A stretch of 51,309 nucleotides of DNA. Source: an uncultured Methanosarcinales archaeon. GTDB lineage: Archaea; Nanobdellota; Nanobdellia; Woesearchaeales; ARS49. The notes below the pieces were generated by a model. It ran no database searches. It saw only the letters and a program-made list of their open reading frames with translations, and had not been told where the DNA came from. The stretch covers positions 1-51,309 of the forward strand of contig CAZWVL010000009.1 in assembly GCA_964637115.1 (NCBI GenBank), given 5' to 3'. Of this stretch, positions 43,088 to 51,309 are shown piece by piece. A program made the translations under genes and the position numbers. Within the stretch, counting starts at the first letter, position 1. Each line of letters opens with the position of its first letter.

Positions 43088-44950
43088 CTAGACCTTATTC
43101 AGGGCTTTTAGTACTGCTTCCTTGCCTTTCCAATCCAGTGCTTCCTTTAACACTTCATTCAAATGCTCTACAGGAATAATTTCTACTTTTGCCAGTTTTG
43201 CTTTGTCTATTACAATATCTTGCAGGTTTGATTTTGGCACAATTATGCGCTTGATTCCTGCTTCAAGGGCTGCTTCTACTTTTGCAGATACTCCTCCGAC
43301 TGGCAGGACTTCTCCTCGCACGCTCAGGCTTCCTGTCATTGCAGTATCTTGTCTTACTGGTACTTCTTTCAGTGCGCTGATTATGGCTATGGCGACTGCT
43401 ATACTTGCGCTGTCGCCTTCAACTCCTTCGTATGTCTGCAGGAATTGTACGTAGATATCGTATTCTTTGATGTCTTCGCCAAAGTATTTCTTGACGATTG
43501 GCGTGACGTTTTTGATCGCTTCTTTGGCGATTTCTCCCAGTTTTCCAGTGGCTACAATTTCTTTTTCTTTGCCCCATGGTCCGACAGCAGCTTCAATTGG
43601 TAGGATGATTCCTGAGTACGTTCCTCCTCCTCCGATGACTGCAAGGCCGTTGACTCGTCCAACTTGTTTTCCTTCTGTTACTATGACTTCGTATTCTCTT
43701 TTTCTTTCTATGAACTTGTCCGCGATTTGTTGTTCAAGCGGTCGTGCTATTTTTTTGGCGAGTGAGAAGTGTTCTGGTTCGACGAATTTGGCTTTCTTCT
43801 CCACGGCGATGTCTCCTGCTGCCCTGATTAGTCCGCCTAATTCTCGTAGTCGTAAAGTCAAATGCGCTTTTCTGTTGGCTAACCTTCTTGCATCATCAAT
43901 GACTGCCAGTACTGCTTCTCTGCTGAAGTGTGGGATTTTCTTGTCTCTTGTAACTTCTTGTGCAACAAAGCGCGCTATTTTGTTTCTATTCTCAGGAGTA
44001 TCTATTACTGTGTCTTTCATGAAGACTTCGTATCCATATCCTCTTATTCTGCTTCTCAGTGCAGGATGCATGTGCTGCACTGTTTCTAAGTTTCCAGCAG
44101 CGACAAGAACAAAATTGCAAGGAACAGGCTCTGTTCTTACCATCGCTCCTGCACTTCTTTCACTTTGGCCTGTAATGGCATACTTGCCTTCTTGCAGTGC
44201 TGTCAATAATTCCTGCTGCGTCATAGGCTCTAATATTGCAATTTCGTCCACAAACAATACTCCCATGTTTGCTTTGTGCATTAATCCAGCTACTACTCTT
44301 TCGTGTGCTGGCGTTCCAAGTCCTCCTGACTGCAATGGGTCGTGAAGTACATCGCCAAGCAACGCTCCTGCGTGTGCTCCCGTTGCGTCCCAGAACGGTC
44401 CTTGTTTCTTGCCGTAATTGTCGACAATTATTTTGGGTGATTCTGCGCGCGGGTTGCCGAATGGTCTTCGCATGCTCATGAACATTACGTATGCTGCCAA
44501 AAATACCATGCCTCCTAAAAAGAACGCAGCAAACATTACGTCGCTTTGGTATTTTTGTCTTGCCCACCACGGCACTATCATTGACGCGATCAGTAAAGCT
44601 ATGAGGATGATATTCTGCACTCTGAAAAAGCCCATGTTTTGTATGCGGCTTTTCGCAACTAGGTCTCTTCCCTTTCCTGCAGCCACTGTTCTTATCAGCG
44701 GTTGATTTTCATCATTTGGATTGAAGAATGCCAGAATGTCCACCAATTTTTCTTTTGGTAGTAGTTCTGCCAGCGCCATTCCCAGCATTGACTTTCCTGT
44801 GCCAGGCTCTCCTATTAATAGAACGTGCCTTCTTTGCCTGGCTGCTTTCTTGATTATTGCGCAGGCTTCATCCTGGCCTATGACTTGGTCTATGATAGTT
44901 TCTGGTATTTTGATTTCTGCTGTACTTTTGAAATCTAGTTCTTTAGCCAT
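43088..44950 (-). CDS. lonB: Archaeal ATP-dependent Lon protease (LonB)
   Basis: [10 protein letters not shown] insertion, VLFVDEI, VEGDSAS catalytic Ser, [11 protein letters not shown] catalytic Lys. Confidence 0.97.
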   Translation of the reverse strand: MAKELDFKSTAEIKIPETIIDQVIGQDEACAIIKKAARQRRHVLLIGEPGTGKSMLGMALAELLPKEKLVDILAFFNPNDENQPLIRTVAAGKGRDLVAKSRIQNMGFFRVQNIILIALLIASMIVPWWARQKYQSDVMFAAFFLGGMVFLAAYVMFMSMRRPFGNPRAESPKIIVDNYGKKQGPFWDATGAHAGALLGDVLHDPLQSGGLGTPAHERVVAGLMHKANMGVLFVDEIAILEPMTQQELLTALQEGKYAITGQSERSAGAMVRTEPVPCNFVLVAAGNLETVQHMHPALRSRIRGYGYEVFMKDTVIDTPENRNKIARFVAQEVTRDKKIPHFSREAVLAVIDDARRLANRKAHLTLRLRELGGLIRAAGDIAVEKKAKFVEPEHFSLAKKIARPLEQQIADKFIERKREYEVIVTEGKQVGRVNGLAVIGGGGTYSGIILPIEAAVGPWGKEKEIVATGKLGEIAKEAIKNVTPIVKKYFGEDIKEYDIYVQFLQTYEGVEGDSASIAVAIAIISALKEVPVRQDTAMTGSLSVRGEVLPVGGVSAKVEAALEAGIKRIIVPKSNLQDIVIDKAKLAKVEIIPVEHLNEVLKEALDWKGKEAVLKALNKV

Positions 44951-45084
44951 ATCCCCGTGGAAGTCGTCGTATAGGGCCTTTATAAAGATTATGTATTTAA
45001 AATATCGCTACTCTTTAGTAGTTAAAAAGCAAAGATTTATATAGGGTAAACGCCTTAATACCATCCATAGAAAGAGAGTGAAAC

Positions 45085-46236
45085 ATGGCACTAAGAATCT
45101 TACAAGCGTCGGATATTCACGAGGAAAACAGCAAGTCTTTGGATAAATGCAAGTATCTTCGTGATATTGCCAACCAGCAGGGTGCAGAGATTGTTTTCTT
45201 GAATGGAGACCTTTTCTCAACTCAGGAGCTTCGCAGGGTTCAGCGTGTGCAGCAAAAGGCTTCAATGAGAATGATGCGTTGGACTGACAGCAGAGACCGC
45301 AGTTTGATGGGCTTGTACGAGACTGTTAAAATGAATGGCGGCATGGAGGGTATGCTTAACGTGATTAATTCTCCTGAGCTTGAAGAGGAAAAGCGTGAAG
45401 AGATGAAAAAACTGTACGTGAAAGTCCAGAGGAACATTCCGAAACTTAACGCCATGCTTCAGAAATATGAAAATCTGATGAAGTTTAACGACAAACTCTT
45501 GAAAAAAGACATGGAAAAGGCTAAGGAAGAAATTAACAAGAAAGCTGGAGAGCGCTTCCGGCGTCTTGACAAGATTTTATCCGAAATCAAGGCTCCAGTT
45601 TATTTTGTCAGAGGCAACTGGGAGACTGATAATTTCTATGCTCACAGCTGGAAAAAGCCAAAAATGCTTGAAAAGCAGGGCATTGTTGACATTAAAGGAG
45701 TAAAGTTTGCAGGCGCGCCAAACGTCTATGAAGTTCTGCCAGGCATGCAGAGAGGCTTTTACACTTATGAAAATGATTTCGCGCATGGTGGCTATACCAG
45801 AGAATTTGAAACTCTGCTTGAAGAGCACGGAACAGATGAGGAAAAGGAGCAGTGGGAAAATGGTGTTATCCCGCAGCGTTTTGTTGAAGAAACAGATACG
45901 TACAATCGTCTTAAGGGTAAACAATTTGACGTGTTAGTAACGCACAAGGGTCCTCATAGGCTTGCCATTGACCAGGACAAGGGCATTGAGGCAGGTTCTG
46001 GCATTGGTCTTGAGGCAGTTATAAGTCAAGCCAGGCCAAAAGTCATAATGGCTGGCCATATGCACGGAAAAGGATATCTTTTGAAAGAACAGCTTGGTCC
46101 TTATTCATATCAGGGTGTTCGTTCTTCAGATGAAACCTTCTACGTCTTGGATATTGACACAAATTCAAAACAGATTGCTCCAAATGGAGTCTTGCCTTAT
46201 CGTTGGGCGAAAGAAGTAAAATACAAGGCTGCTTAA
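45085..46236 (+). CDS. Calcineurin-like metallophosphoesterase with large helical insertion
   Basis: SDIH, NGDL, RGNWE, VTHKGP, AGHMHG. Confidence 0.82.
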   Translation: MALRILQASDIHEENSKSLDKCKYLRDIANQQGAEIVFLNGDLFSTQELRRVQRVQQKASMRMMRWTDSRDRSLMGLYETVKMNGGMEGMLNVINSPELEEEKREEMKKLYVKVQRNIPKLNAMLQKYENLMKFNDKLLKKDMEKAKEEINKKAGERFRRLDKILSEIKAPVYFVRGNWETDNFYAHSWKKPKMLEKQGIVDIKGVKFAGAPNVYEVLPGMQRGFYTYENDFAHGGYTREFETLLEEHGTDEEKEQWENGVIPQRFVEETDTYNRLKGKQFDVLVTHKGPHRLAIDQDKGIEAGSGIGLEAVISQARPKVIMAGHMHGKGYLLKEQLGPYSYQGVRSSDETFYVLDIDTNSKQIAPNGVLPYRWAKEVKYKAA

Positions 46237-46805
46237 ACTCTCTGTTCTCCTTCAACGCTTGTGGGTGGTTGAGGTTGTGCTCCTTGTTGCGGCCGTTGTG
46301 GTCTTCGCGACTCTGGTGCCTTTCTGAGCACATAATAAAGCACTGTTCCGAGAATTGCCAATGCAATGACCGGCCATAATAGTGTGTCGAAGAACCGTTG
46401 TTCATCTATTATTCCTGCTCTTGCAAGTCCGTAAAACACGAATAGTGCGAATAATATTATCATGATTGCAATGAAAACCTTGTTCTTGTACCCTCCTTCT
46501 GCTCCCGATAATCCCAGCACGATGGCGAGCATTAATCCAACAATCATCAAAAGCACGAGATATCCTATCATGATGTTAATAACATTCAACAGGTGTGTTG
46601 CCAGTACTGCAAAGAATCCCATTACAAACGCAATCATTGCGTTTAATTTTTTCTTTGGCTCTTTTTTGTCTTTCTCGCCTTCCTCTCCCAGCACTCGTGT
46701 TTTTTGCAAAACTGCGTAAGTTAAAGTAAATACGAGAAGAAATGGCAGTATGACTTCAACAAAGCCGATATCTACCAGCCACTGAAACACCTCTTGATAT
46801 GGCAT
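46233..46805 (-). CDS. Hypothetical multi-TM membrane protein
   Basis: VILPFLLVFTLTYAVLQKTRVLG, about five TM helices, Pro/Gln tail. Confidence 0.8.
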   Translation of the reverse strand: MPYQEVFQWLVDIGFVEVILPFLLVFTLTYAVLQKTRVLGEEGEKDKKEPKKKLNAMIAFVMGFFAVLATHLLNVINIMIGYLVLLMIVGLMLAIVLGLSGAEGGYKNKVFIAIMIILFALFVFYGLARAGIIDEQRFFDTLLWPVIALAILGTVLYYVLRKAPESRRPQRPQQGAQPQPPTSVEGEQRV

Positions 46806-46840
46806 GTTAATTATATTCTGCAGACATTATAAAAAGCTTA

Positions 46841-47644
46841 CTACTTGCTGAACGGTCTGCATACATCGTAGAACGGGCATTGTCCAGTGCTGTATTTGCA
46901 TAATGGACTGGGACTTTTTGGATAATGATTAACGTCTTCTGTCTGCGTGACCGAATGTACGTGCGCAATTTCTTTTTTGGCCATTTCGATTAGTTCTTCA
47001 TCGACTTCAATGCATTTTTCTTGTCCTTTCAGGAAATAAACACCGACTTGTTTTGGCATTACACCGTGTTTATCAAAATAAAGCAGGGAGTAAATGCCCA
47101 GCTGCAATAGATGTTCATTCAAATCTTCTGAGCTCGATGTCTTGTAGTCCATTAATCTGACAGTTCCGTCTCCATTGTTCTCTATTGCATCAATTATGCC
47201 TTTTGCGTGGTATGTTTCTGATATGAACATCAATTCCCGCATCGGTGTTAATTGTTTGAATCTTTCCTGGAATGTTCCTTCCTTGTCTTCCAGTTTTTTG
47301 CAGAATAATTCCAGCCAGTTGAACAGCATTGTTAGTGTTTCTTCAAAATAATGTATTTGTTTGTCTTGTGTTAATTCCAGCTTGTCTAGTTTTGTCTTGC
47401 ATTTCTGCCATTCTTTCAGCAATAATTGCTGCATGATTAGCTTCAAGTGCGGCCCGTAGTCGTCCATTGTCATGAAGCTTGTATCGATGTCAAAGAAATG
47501 TTCAAGTACAGAATGCGCGATGTTTCCTCTGAGAGTGTGAATGTTTGGTGGTTGTTCTAGTCCGACGATGTATGCATAGTAATATTTCCTTGGACATTGT
47601 TTGTATGTCTTTATCGAACTGGGACTTTGCACCTTTTTTTGCAT
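46841..47644 (-). CDS. PD-(D/E)XK (RecB/AddB/Cas4-like) nuclease with Fe-S Cys motif
   Basis: SPSSIKTYKQCPRKYY, GIIDAIE, MDYKT, QLGIY, C-terminal C-x5-C-x5-C. Confidence 0.88.
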   Translation of the reverse strand: MQKKVQSPSSIKTYKQCPRKYYYAYIVGLEQPPNIHTLRGNIAHSVLEHFFDIDTSFMTMDDYGPHLKLIMQQLLLKEWQKCKTKLDKLELTQDKQIHYFEETLTMLFNWLELFCKKLEDKEGTFQERFKQLTPMRELMFISETYHAKGIIDAIENNGDGTVRLMDYKTSSSEDLNEHLLQLGIYSLLYFDKHGVMPKQVGVYFLKGQEKCIEVDEELIEMAKKEIAHVHSVTQTEDVNHYPKSPSPLCKYSTGQCPFYDVCRPFSK

Positions 47645-47821
47645 GAGTTAAAAGAAAATTCAGGTGGTTATTATGCTTTTAGGTTGTTAAGTTGGAAAGT
47701 TTACGGTTATTTATATTCAGATTGATATTTATAAGAAGCTTTAATTAAATTGAACAAAAAGGCGAGGTATTCACCTAATCAAATCAAAAGCTATTTTAAC
47801 AAACGGATCTTTGCTGTTACA

Positions 47822-48511
47822 ATGAATAAAATCCTCTTGCTCGGAATGATTTTACTGGTTGCGTGCGCACCGCAGCGCCCTATTATCATTCAACCACCTC
47901 CACCAGGAGAACCTCCAATAATTCCGCCTGAAGGTCCTATATGCAGAGACTTGTGTGGCGACGGAGTTTGTCAGGAAGTGGTTTGCATGGCAATCGGTTG
48001 CCCATGTGCTGAAACACACCAGTCGTGCCCTCAAGATTGCAAAGCCCCTCAAGAAATCACAAACTTTGATCAATGTGCACGAGCAGGCTATCCCATAATG
48101 GAGTCTTATCCACGACGGTGCAGAGCAGATGGCAAAACTTTTGTCGAAGAAGCTGTTACGGAAGTTTGCAGATATGCTCAAGACTGTGGCGAAGGATTCT
48201 TTTGCAGATTTGGAGTATGCACAGAATTTTCTCCTGACTTCAGTTGCAAGTCAGACGATGAATGTCAGTTGATTAACGAAGAATATGATTTCAGCTGCTG
48301 CTGGATAGGAGCGTGCGTTGAGATAGACTATTCACAAGACAACTGGATTGCTGTAAATAGCGATTGGTTCATGAAAGGACATGAACAAAATTGCCCGACA
48401 AAAGCCGAATGCGGCCCTGCCCCAATGTGCGCCGTGAGAGCGATTAATGAGGATTTTGTTGCAAAATGCATAAGTGAAACATGTCAAAAAGTTCCGGCGA
48501 AAAATAATTAA
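47822..48511 (+). CDS. Cys-rich lipoprotein-like surface protein
   Basis: LVAC lipobox, Pro linker, CGDGVCQ..CPCAET..SCPQDC, ITNFDQCARAGYPIMESYPRRC modules. Confidence 0.75.
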   Translation: MNKILLLGMILLVACAPQRPIIIQPPPPGEPPIIPPEGPICRDLCGDGVCQEVVCMAIGCPCAETHQSCPQDCKAPQEITNFDQCARAGYPIMESYPRRCRADGKTFVEEAVTEVCRYAQDCGEGFFCRFGVCTEFSPDFSCKSDDECQLINEEYDFSCCWIGACVEIDYSQDNWIAVNSDWFMKGHEQNCPTKAECGPAPMCAVRAINEDFVAKCISETCQKVPAKNN

Positions 48512-48580
48512 GAGAACTTCTACCTTTTTCAACAGTCTCAAAACCCAATCTTTTTAATGAGTATTGGGTCTAACATTCAT

Positions 48581-48919
48581 ATGCTTGCCCAGAAATGGTA
48601 CACGCGCATCATCGGTATTTTCTTTACATTAGTAATTATTTCATTAATATCTGATTATCTCGCAAACGGTTTGCGTTTGGAAACCTGGCACAAGGTGTTT
48701 CACGTTGTTCTCGGCGTTATTGTCATCAAATACGGCTGGAGTAATCCGAAATTCTGGCGTCCTTTCTGTCTTGCAAATGGAGTATTTTTCACTCTTGTAG
48801 GCATATTTGGCTGGGTGTTTCCAGATTTTGCAGGTCTTGACGCGTTCAACAGGCTGGATACCGTTCTTCATTCTATTGTAGGACTTGCCGGCCTTATTAT
48901 TGGTGTGCGAAAGTCGTAA
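48581..48919 (+). CDS. Small membrane protein (DUF4383-like)
   Basis: HKVFHVVLG and DTVLHSIVG His-containing TM helices. Start uncertain (48557 or 48581). Confidence 0.65.
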   Translation: MLAQKWYTRIIGIFFTLVIISLISDYLANGLRLETWHKVFHVVLGVIVIKYGWSNPKFWRPFCLANGVFFTLVGIFGWVFPDFAGLDAFNRLDTVLHSIVGLAGLIIGVRKS

Positions 48920-48973
48920 TTCTTCCAACTTTGTCGTCGATGGTTTCTTTAAGGAGTAAATTATGTTGAAAGT

Positions 48974-49258
48974 ATGAAACGCAAAACCCTACTCACAATC
49001 TCATTGACGCTTTCATTACTCGGCCTTATCGCTCTTTTTTTCCTCAAGCCGGACGTTTCACCGCAATCTTTGCAACTCTCCGGCACAGTAAAATACGTCA
49101 ACCAGAAAGAGAAAGTTGCTTTCATCAGCTTTATTCCGGAAAACTTTACTGTTGTTTCATTTGATAAACTAAATCTAGAACCCGGTCATCACATTCTGAC
49201 CGGCCGTTTGCAGCAATACAAAGGCAGAATTGAATTTATTGTAGGTGCTGCTGATTAA
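48974..49258 (+). CDS. Small TM-anchored OB-fold-like protein
   Basis: N-terminal TM; LTGRLQQYKGRIEFIV resembles an OB-fold C-terminal strand. Confidence 0.55.
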   Translation: MKRKTLLTISLTLSLLGLIALFFLKPDVSPQSLQLSGTVKYVNQKEKVAFISFIPENFTVVSFDKLNLEPGHHILTGRLQQYKGRIEFIVGAAD

Positions 49259-49902
49259 ACCAGTTCAAAATATGGAATAACGTATTCGAAAATGAGGTAT
49301 GCAATCAGCGCTATCAATCCAAGCAATATCAGCTTCTTGAAGAATGACGCAATTGCTCTTCTGTGCCGTAAAATCTCGTCATAATGGCTTTTGACTCTGA
49401 ACAATCGAATAGGATATTTCATTCCTTTCAGCTTCTGCAGTCCAAGATGTATGTATGGCACTTCTTTTTTGTTCATTGCTGAAAATACTGCCTCGCTGAA
49501 AACAATCTGTCCGGATCCTGCAATGCCTTCAATTCGTGATGCGGTATTAACTGCTTCGCCAAAAACATCATCGTGACGGATAATGACTTCGCCTGTGTGT
49601 ATTGCAACACGAATGTGAATCGGGCGTTTTGCCTGCTTGTTGAATTGATTAAACACGTTTTGCATTTCAACGCCGCATAGAACTGCGTTTGTGGGCGATT
49701 TGAACGTTACTAAAAAAGCGTCTCCAATCTTTTTGATAACCCTGCCCCCATATCGTTCAAAGATTGGAATCGACATGTCATCAAATATGTCGTGCAATTG
49801 AGTGAATTCTTCCCGGCTCATCTGAGCTGTTGTTTTAGTATATCCGACAATATCAATGAACATCACTGTTAAAATTTCTGAAGTCCCTTTCATATACGCC
49901 AT
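49255..49902 (-). CDS. Class III nucleotidyl (adenylate) cyclase with C-terminal TM
   Basis: MFIDIVGYT, KKIGDAF, RVAIHTG, DVFGEAVNTASRIE. The start at 50079 in the ORF track runs through palindromic repeats and is probably spurious. Confidence 0.9.
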   Translation of the reverse strand: MAYMKGTSEILTVMFIDIVGYTKTTAQMSREEFTQLHDIFDDMSIPIFERYGGRVIKKIGDAFLVTFKSPTNAVLCGVEMQNVFNQFNKQAKRPIHIRVAIHTGEVIIRHDDVFGEAVNTASRIEGIAGSGQIVFSEAVFSAMNKKEVPYIHLGLQKLKGMKYPIRLFRVKSHYDEILRHRRAIASFFKKLILLGLIALIAYLIFEYVIPYFELV

Positions 49903-49954
49903 ATATCGAGGGTAAATGGCGGGGTTTATAAAAATTCGTAAATTTTCCAGCTCG

Positions 49955-50050
49955 TCGGAAATGCGCAAACAGAAATATTCTTCTGCGCATTTCCGATCGT
50001 GCTCGGAAATCCGTAAGATTTCCGACTCGTAGAAATCCGTAAGATTTCCA
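49955..50050. repeat. Cluster of TCGGAA..TTCCGA palindromes
   Basis: TCGGAAATGCGCA-N16-TGCGCATTTCCGA (49955-49996); TCGGAAATC-CGTAA-GATTTCCGA (50003-50025); direct repeat GAAATCCGTAAGATTTCC at 50006 and 50032. Confidence 0.85.
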
Positions 50051-50097
50051 ACATTCTCATCGATGGATATTATAAGCACCAGCGTCTTGTATGTGGA

Positions 50098-51264
50098 ATG
50101 CTCACAGAAGCACTTATTGCCTTAGGAGGCATTTTTGTAGGAATTCTTGCAGGTCTTTTGCCTGGCATTCATACTAATCTGCTTGCCGTTATTGTAGCAG
50201 GAATTCACGCTGATGTCTGGCTGTCTTCGGTTTTTCTTGTTGGAGTTGCAGTTTCTCGTTCTGTTATTGATGCAGTTCCTACAATTTTCCTCGGCGCATC
50301 AGAGGATGTCATGGCTCTCTTACCCGGCCATAAATTGTTAAGAAAAGGTTATGGCATTGAAGCTGTAAAGTTCTGCGTGCTCGGCAGCATTCTGGGAATT
50401 ATTGGCGGAATTCTGCTGGTTCCCTTGTTCGTCATTAGTTTTCCTTTTCTTTTTTCTCTTATTCGTCCGTTTTTGTTCTGGCTTTTGCTTGCATTAATCT
50501 TTATTCTGCTTTTGCGCGATGGCTGGAAGTCAATAATCGTCTTTTCATTTGCAGGACTGCTCGGCATTCTAACACTTGACAGCGTTCGTGAGCCTTTGTT
50601 CCCTATTTTTTCAGGTTTGTTCGGCGCAAGCGGTTTGCTCTTGTCTATTTTCAACAAAGTGCGCATTCCCGAGCAAATTAACACAGATGTCCTTAAGCTT
50701 CGCAAGTTTCCTTTATTTCTCTCGACAGCAACGGGCGTGCTTGCTGGAAGCATTGTCACTTTATTTCCCGGCCTTGGTCCGTCTCAAGCTGCTGCTTTGG
50801 CTCAAGTGAATCGTATGAAGTCAACTCGTTTTCTCGTGTTAACTGGTGCACTAGGAACTGTGGATGTCGTTATCTCTTTAGTCACTTTTTTTGTGCTTGG
50901 CAAGGCGAGAAATGGCGCTGTTGCCGTGATTGAGCAATTGCTGGGCGTAATTCCTCAAAATGCATTATTTGTTTTTCTGGCAGTTGCCTGTGCTGCTGCA
51001 GGTTTGTCAGCAATTGCCGCATTGTTCGCATCCAAATGGTATGCAATCCTTCTAGAGAAAATTGATTATTCTCTAATTTCTGCTCTGGTGCTTTTCTTTT
51101 TGCTTATCGTGAGTTTTGTATTGTCAGGCTGGCTTGGAGTTTTAGTATTTCTGACAGCAACCGCCATTGGTCTTATAGCACCATTGACAAATGTCTCAAG
51201 GAGTCATGCGATGGGCTGTCTGCTCGTGCCGACGCTTATTCTACTCTCCCCGATAGCTTTATAA
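50098..51264 (+). CDS. TctA/DUF112-family tripartite tricarboxylate transporter permease-like protein
   Basis: GLLPGIHTN, VPTIFLGA..ALLPGHKLLRKGYG, LFPGLGPSQ, RSHAMGCLL. Confidence 0.85.
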   Translation: MLTEALIALGGIFVGILAGLLPGIHTNLLAVIVAGIHADVWLSSVFLVGVAVSRSVIDAVPTIFLGASEDVMALLPGHKLLRKGYGIEAVKFCVLGSILGIIGGILLVPLFVISFPFLFSLIRPFLFWLLLALIFILLLRDGWKSIIVFSFAGLLGILTLDSVREPLFPIFSGLFGASGLLLSIFNKVRIPEQINTDVLKLRKFPLFLSTATGVLAGSIVTLFPGLGPSQAAALAQVNRMKSTRFLVLTGALGTVDVVISLVTFFVLGKARNGAVAVIEQLLGVIPQNALFVFLAVACAAAGLSAIAALFASKWYAILLEKIDYSLISALVLFFLLIVSFVLSGWLGVLVFLTATAIGLIAPLTNVSRSHAMGCLLVPTLILLSPIAL

Positions 51265-51309
51265 ACCCCCTCTTTTCCCTTCGTCTTATGGCGATAGTAT
51301 CTCATTTCA

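Noticed and set aside
29-51264. Numerous antisense or nested ORFs of 60-290 aa in the ORF track (e.g. 22478-23167, 36349-36996, 43467-44345)
   Set aside because: They shadow well-supported genes on the opposite strand and have no motifs or translation signals.

Overview
Archaeal chromosomal DNA, most consistent with a DPANN (Woesearchaeota-like) genome. The assignment rests on archaeal-type S24e/S27ae/P0/L12, RpoE'/RpoE''/RpoL, Kae1, LonB and CCA enzyme, expanded TrmB regulators and many Cys-rich membrane-anchored surface proteins. I found no rRNA, tRNA, CRISPR array, integrase or complete transposase. Most of the window is housekeeping genes with single orphan genes inserted between them. 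Two regions stand out. (1) The gene-poor block at 26.9-30.9 kb holds a dense GTCCC/TCCTGAGACCGTCCCA repeat array, three uncharacterised winged-helix genes (two with coiled coils), an A-tract C-rich stretch and a ~22% GC segment with 14-bp periodic repeats. It is bracketed at both ends by TTTCAAGTGCCTAA...TTAGGCAC site pairs. It is a candidate non-canonical replication-origin or segregation locus, with no cdc6/orc1 or canonical ORB nearby. (2) The block at 32.8-40.3 kb holds four divergent membrane-anchored proteins with EF-hand-like loops, a 13-heptad Gly/Asn coiled-coil stalk protein, a 734-aa membrane coiled-coil protein and a Zot-like FtsK/HerA-superfamily ATPase. It is a candidate surface or secretion module. 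A dispersed palindrome family TCGGAA-N-TTCCGA with compensatory stem changes also recurs at gene boundaries. Several small ORFs and the partial DEAD-box helicase at the left edge were missing from the ORF track. All protein-family calls come from motif recognition by eye, not database searches.
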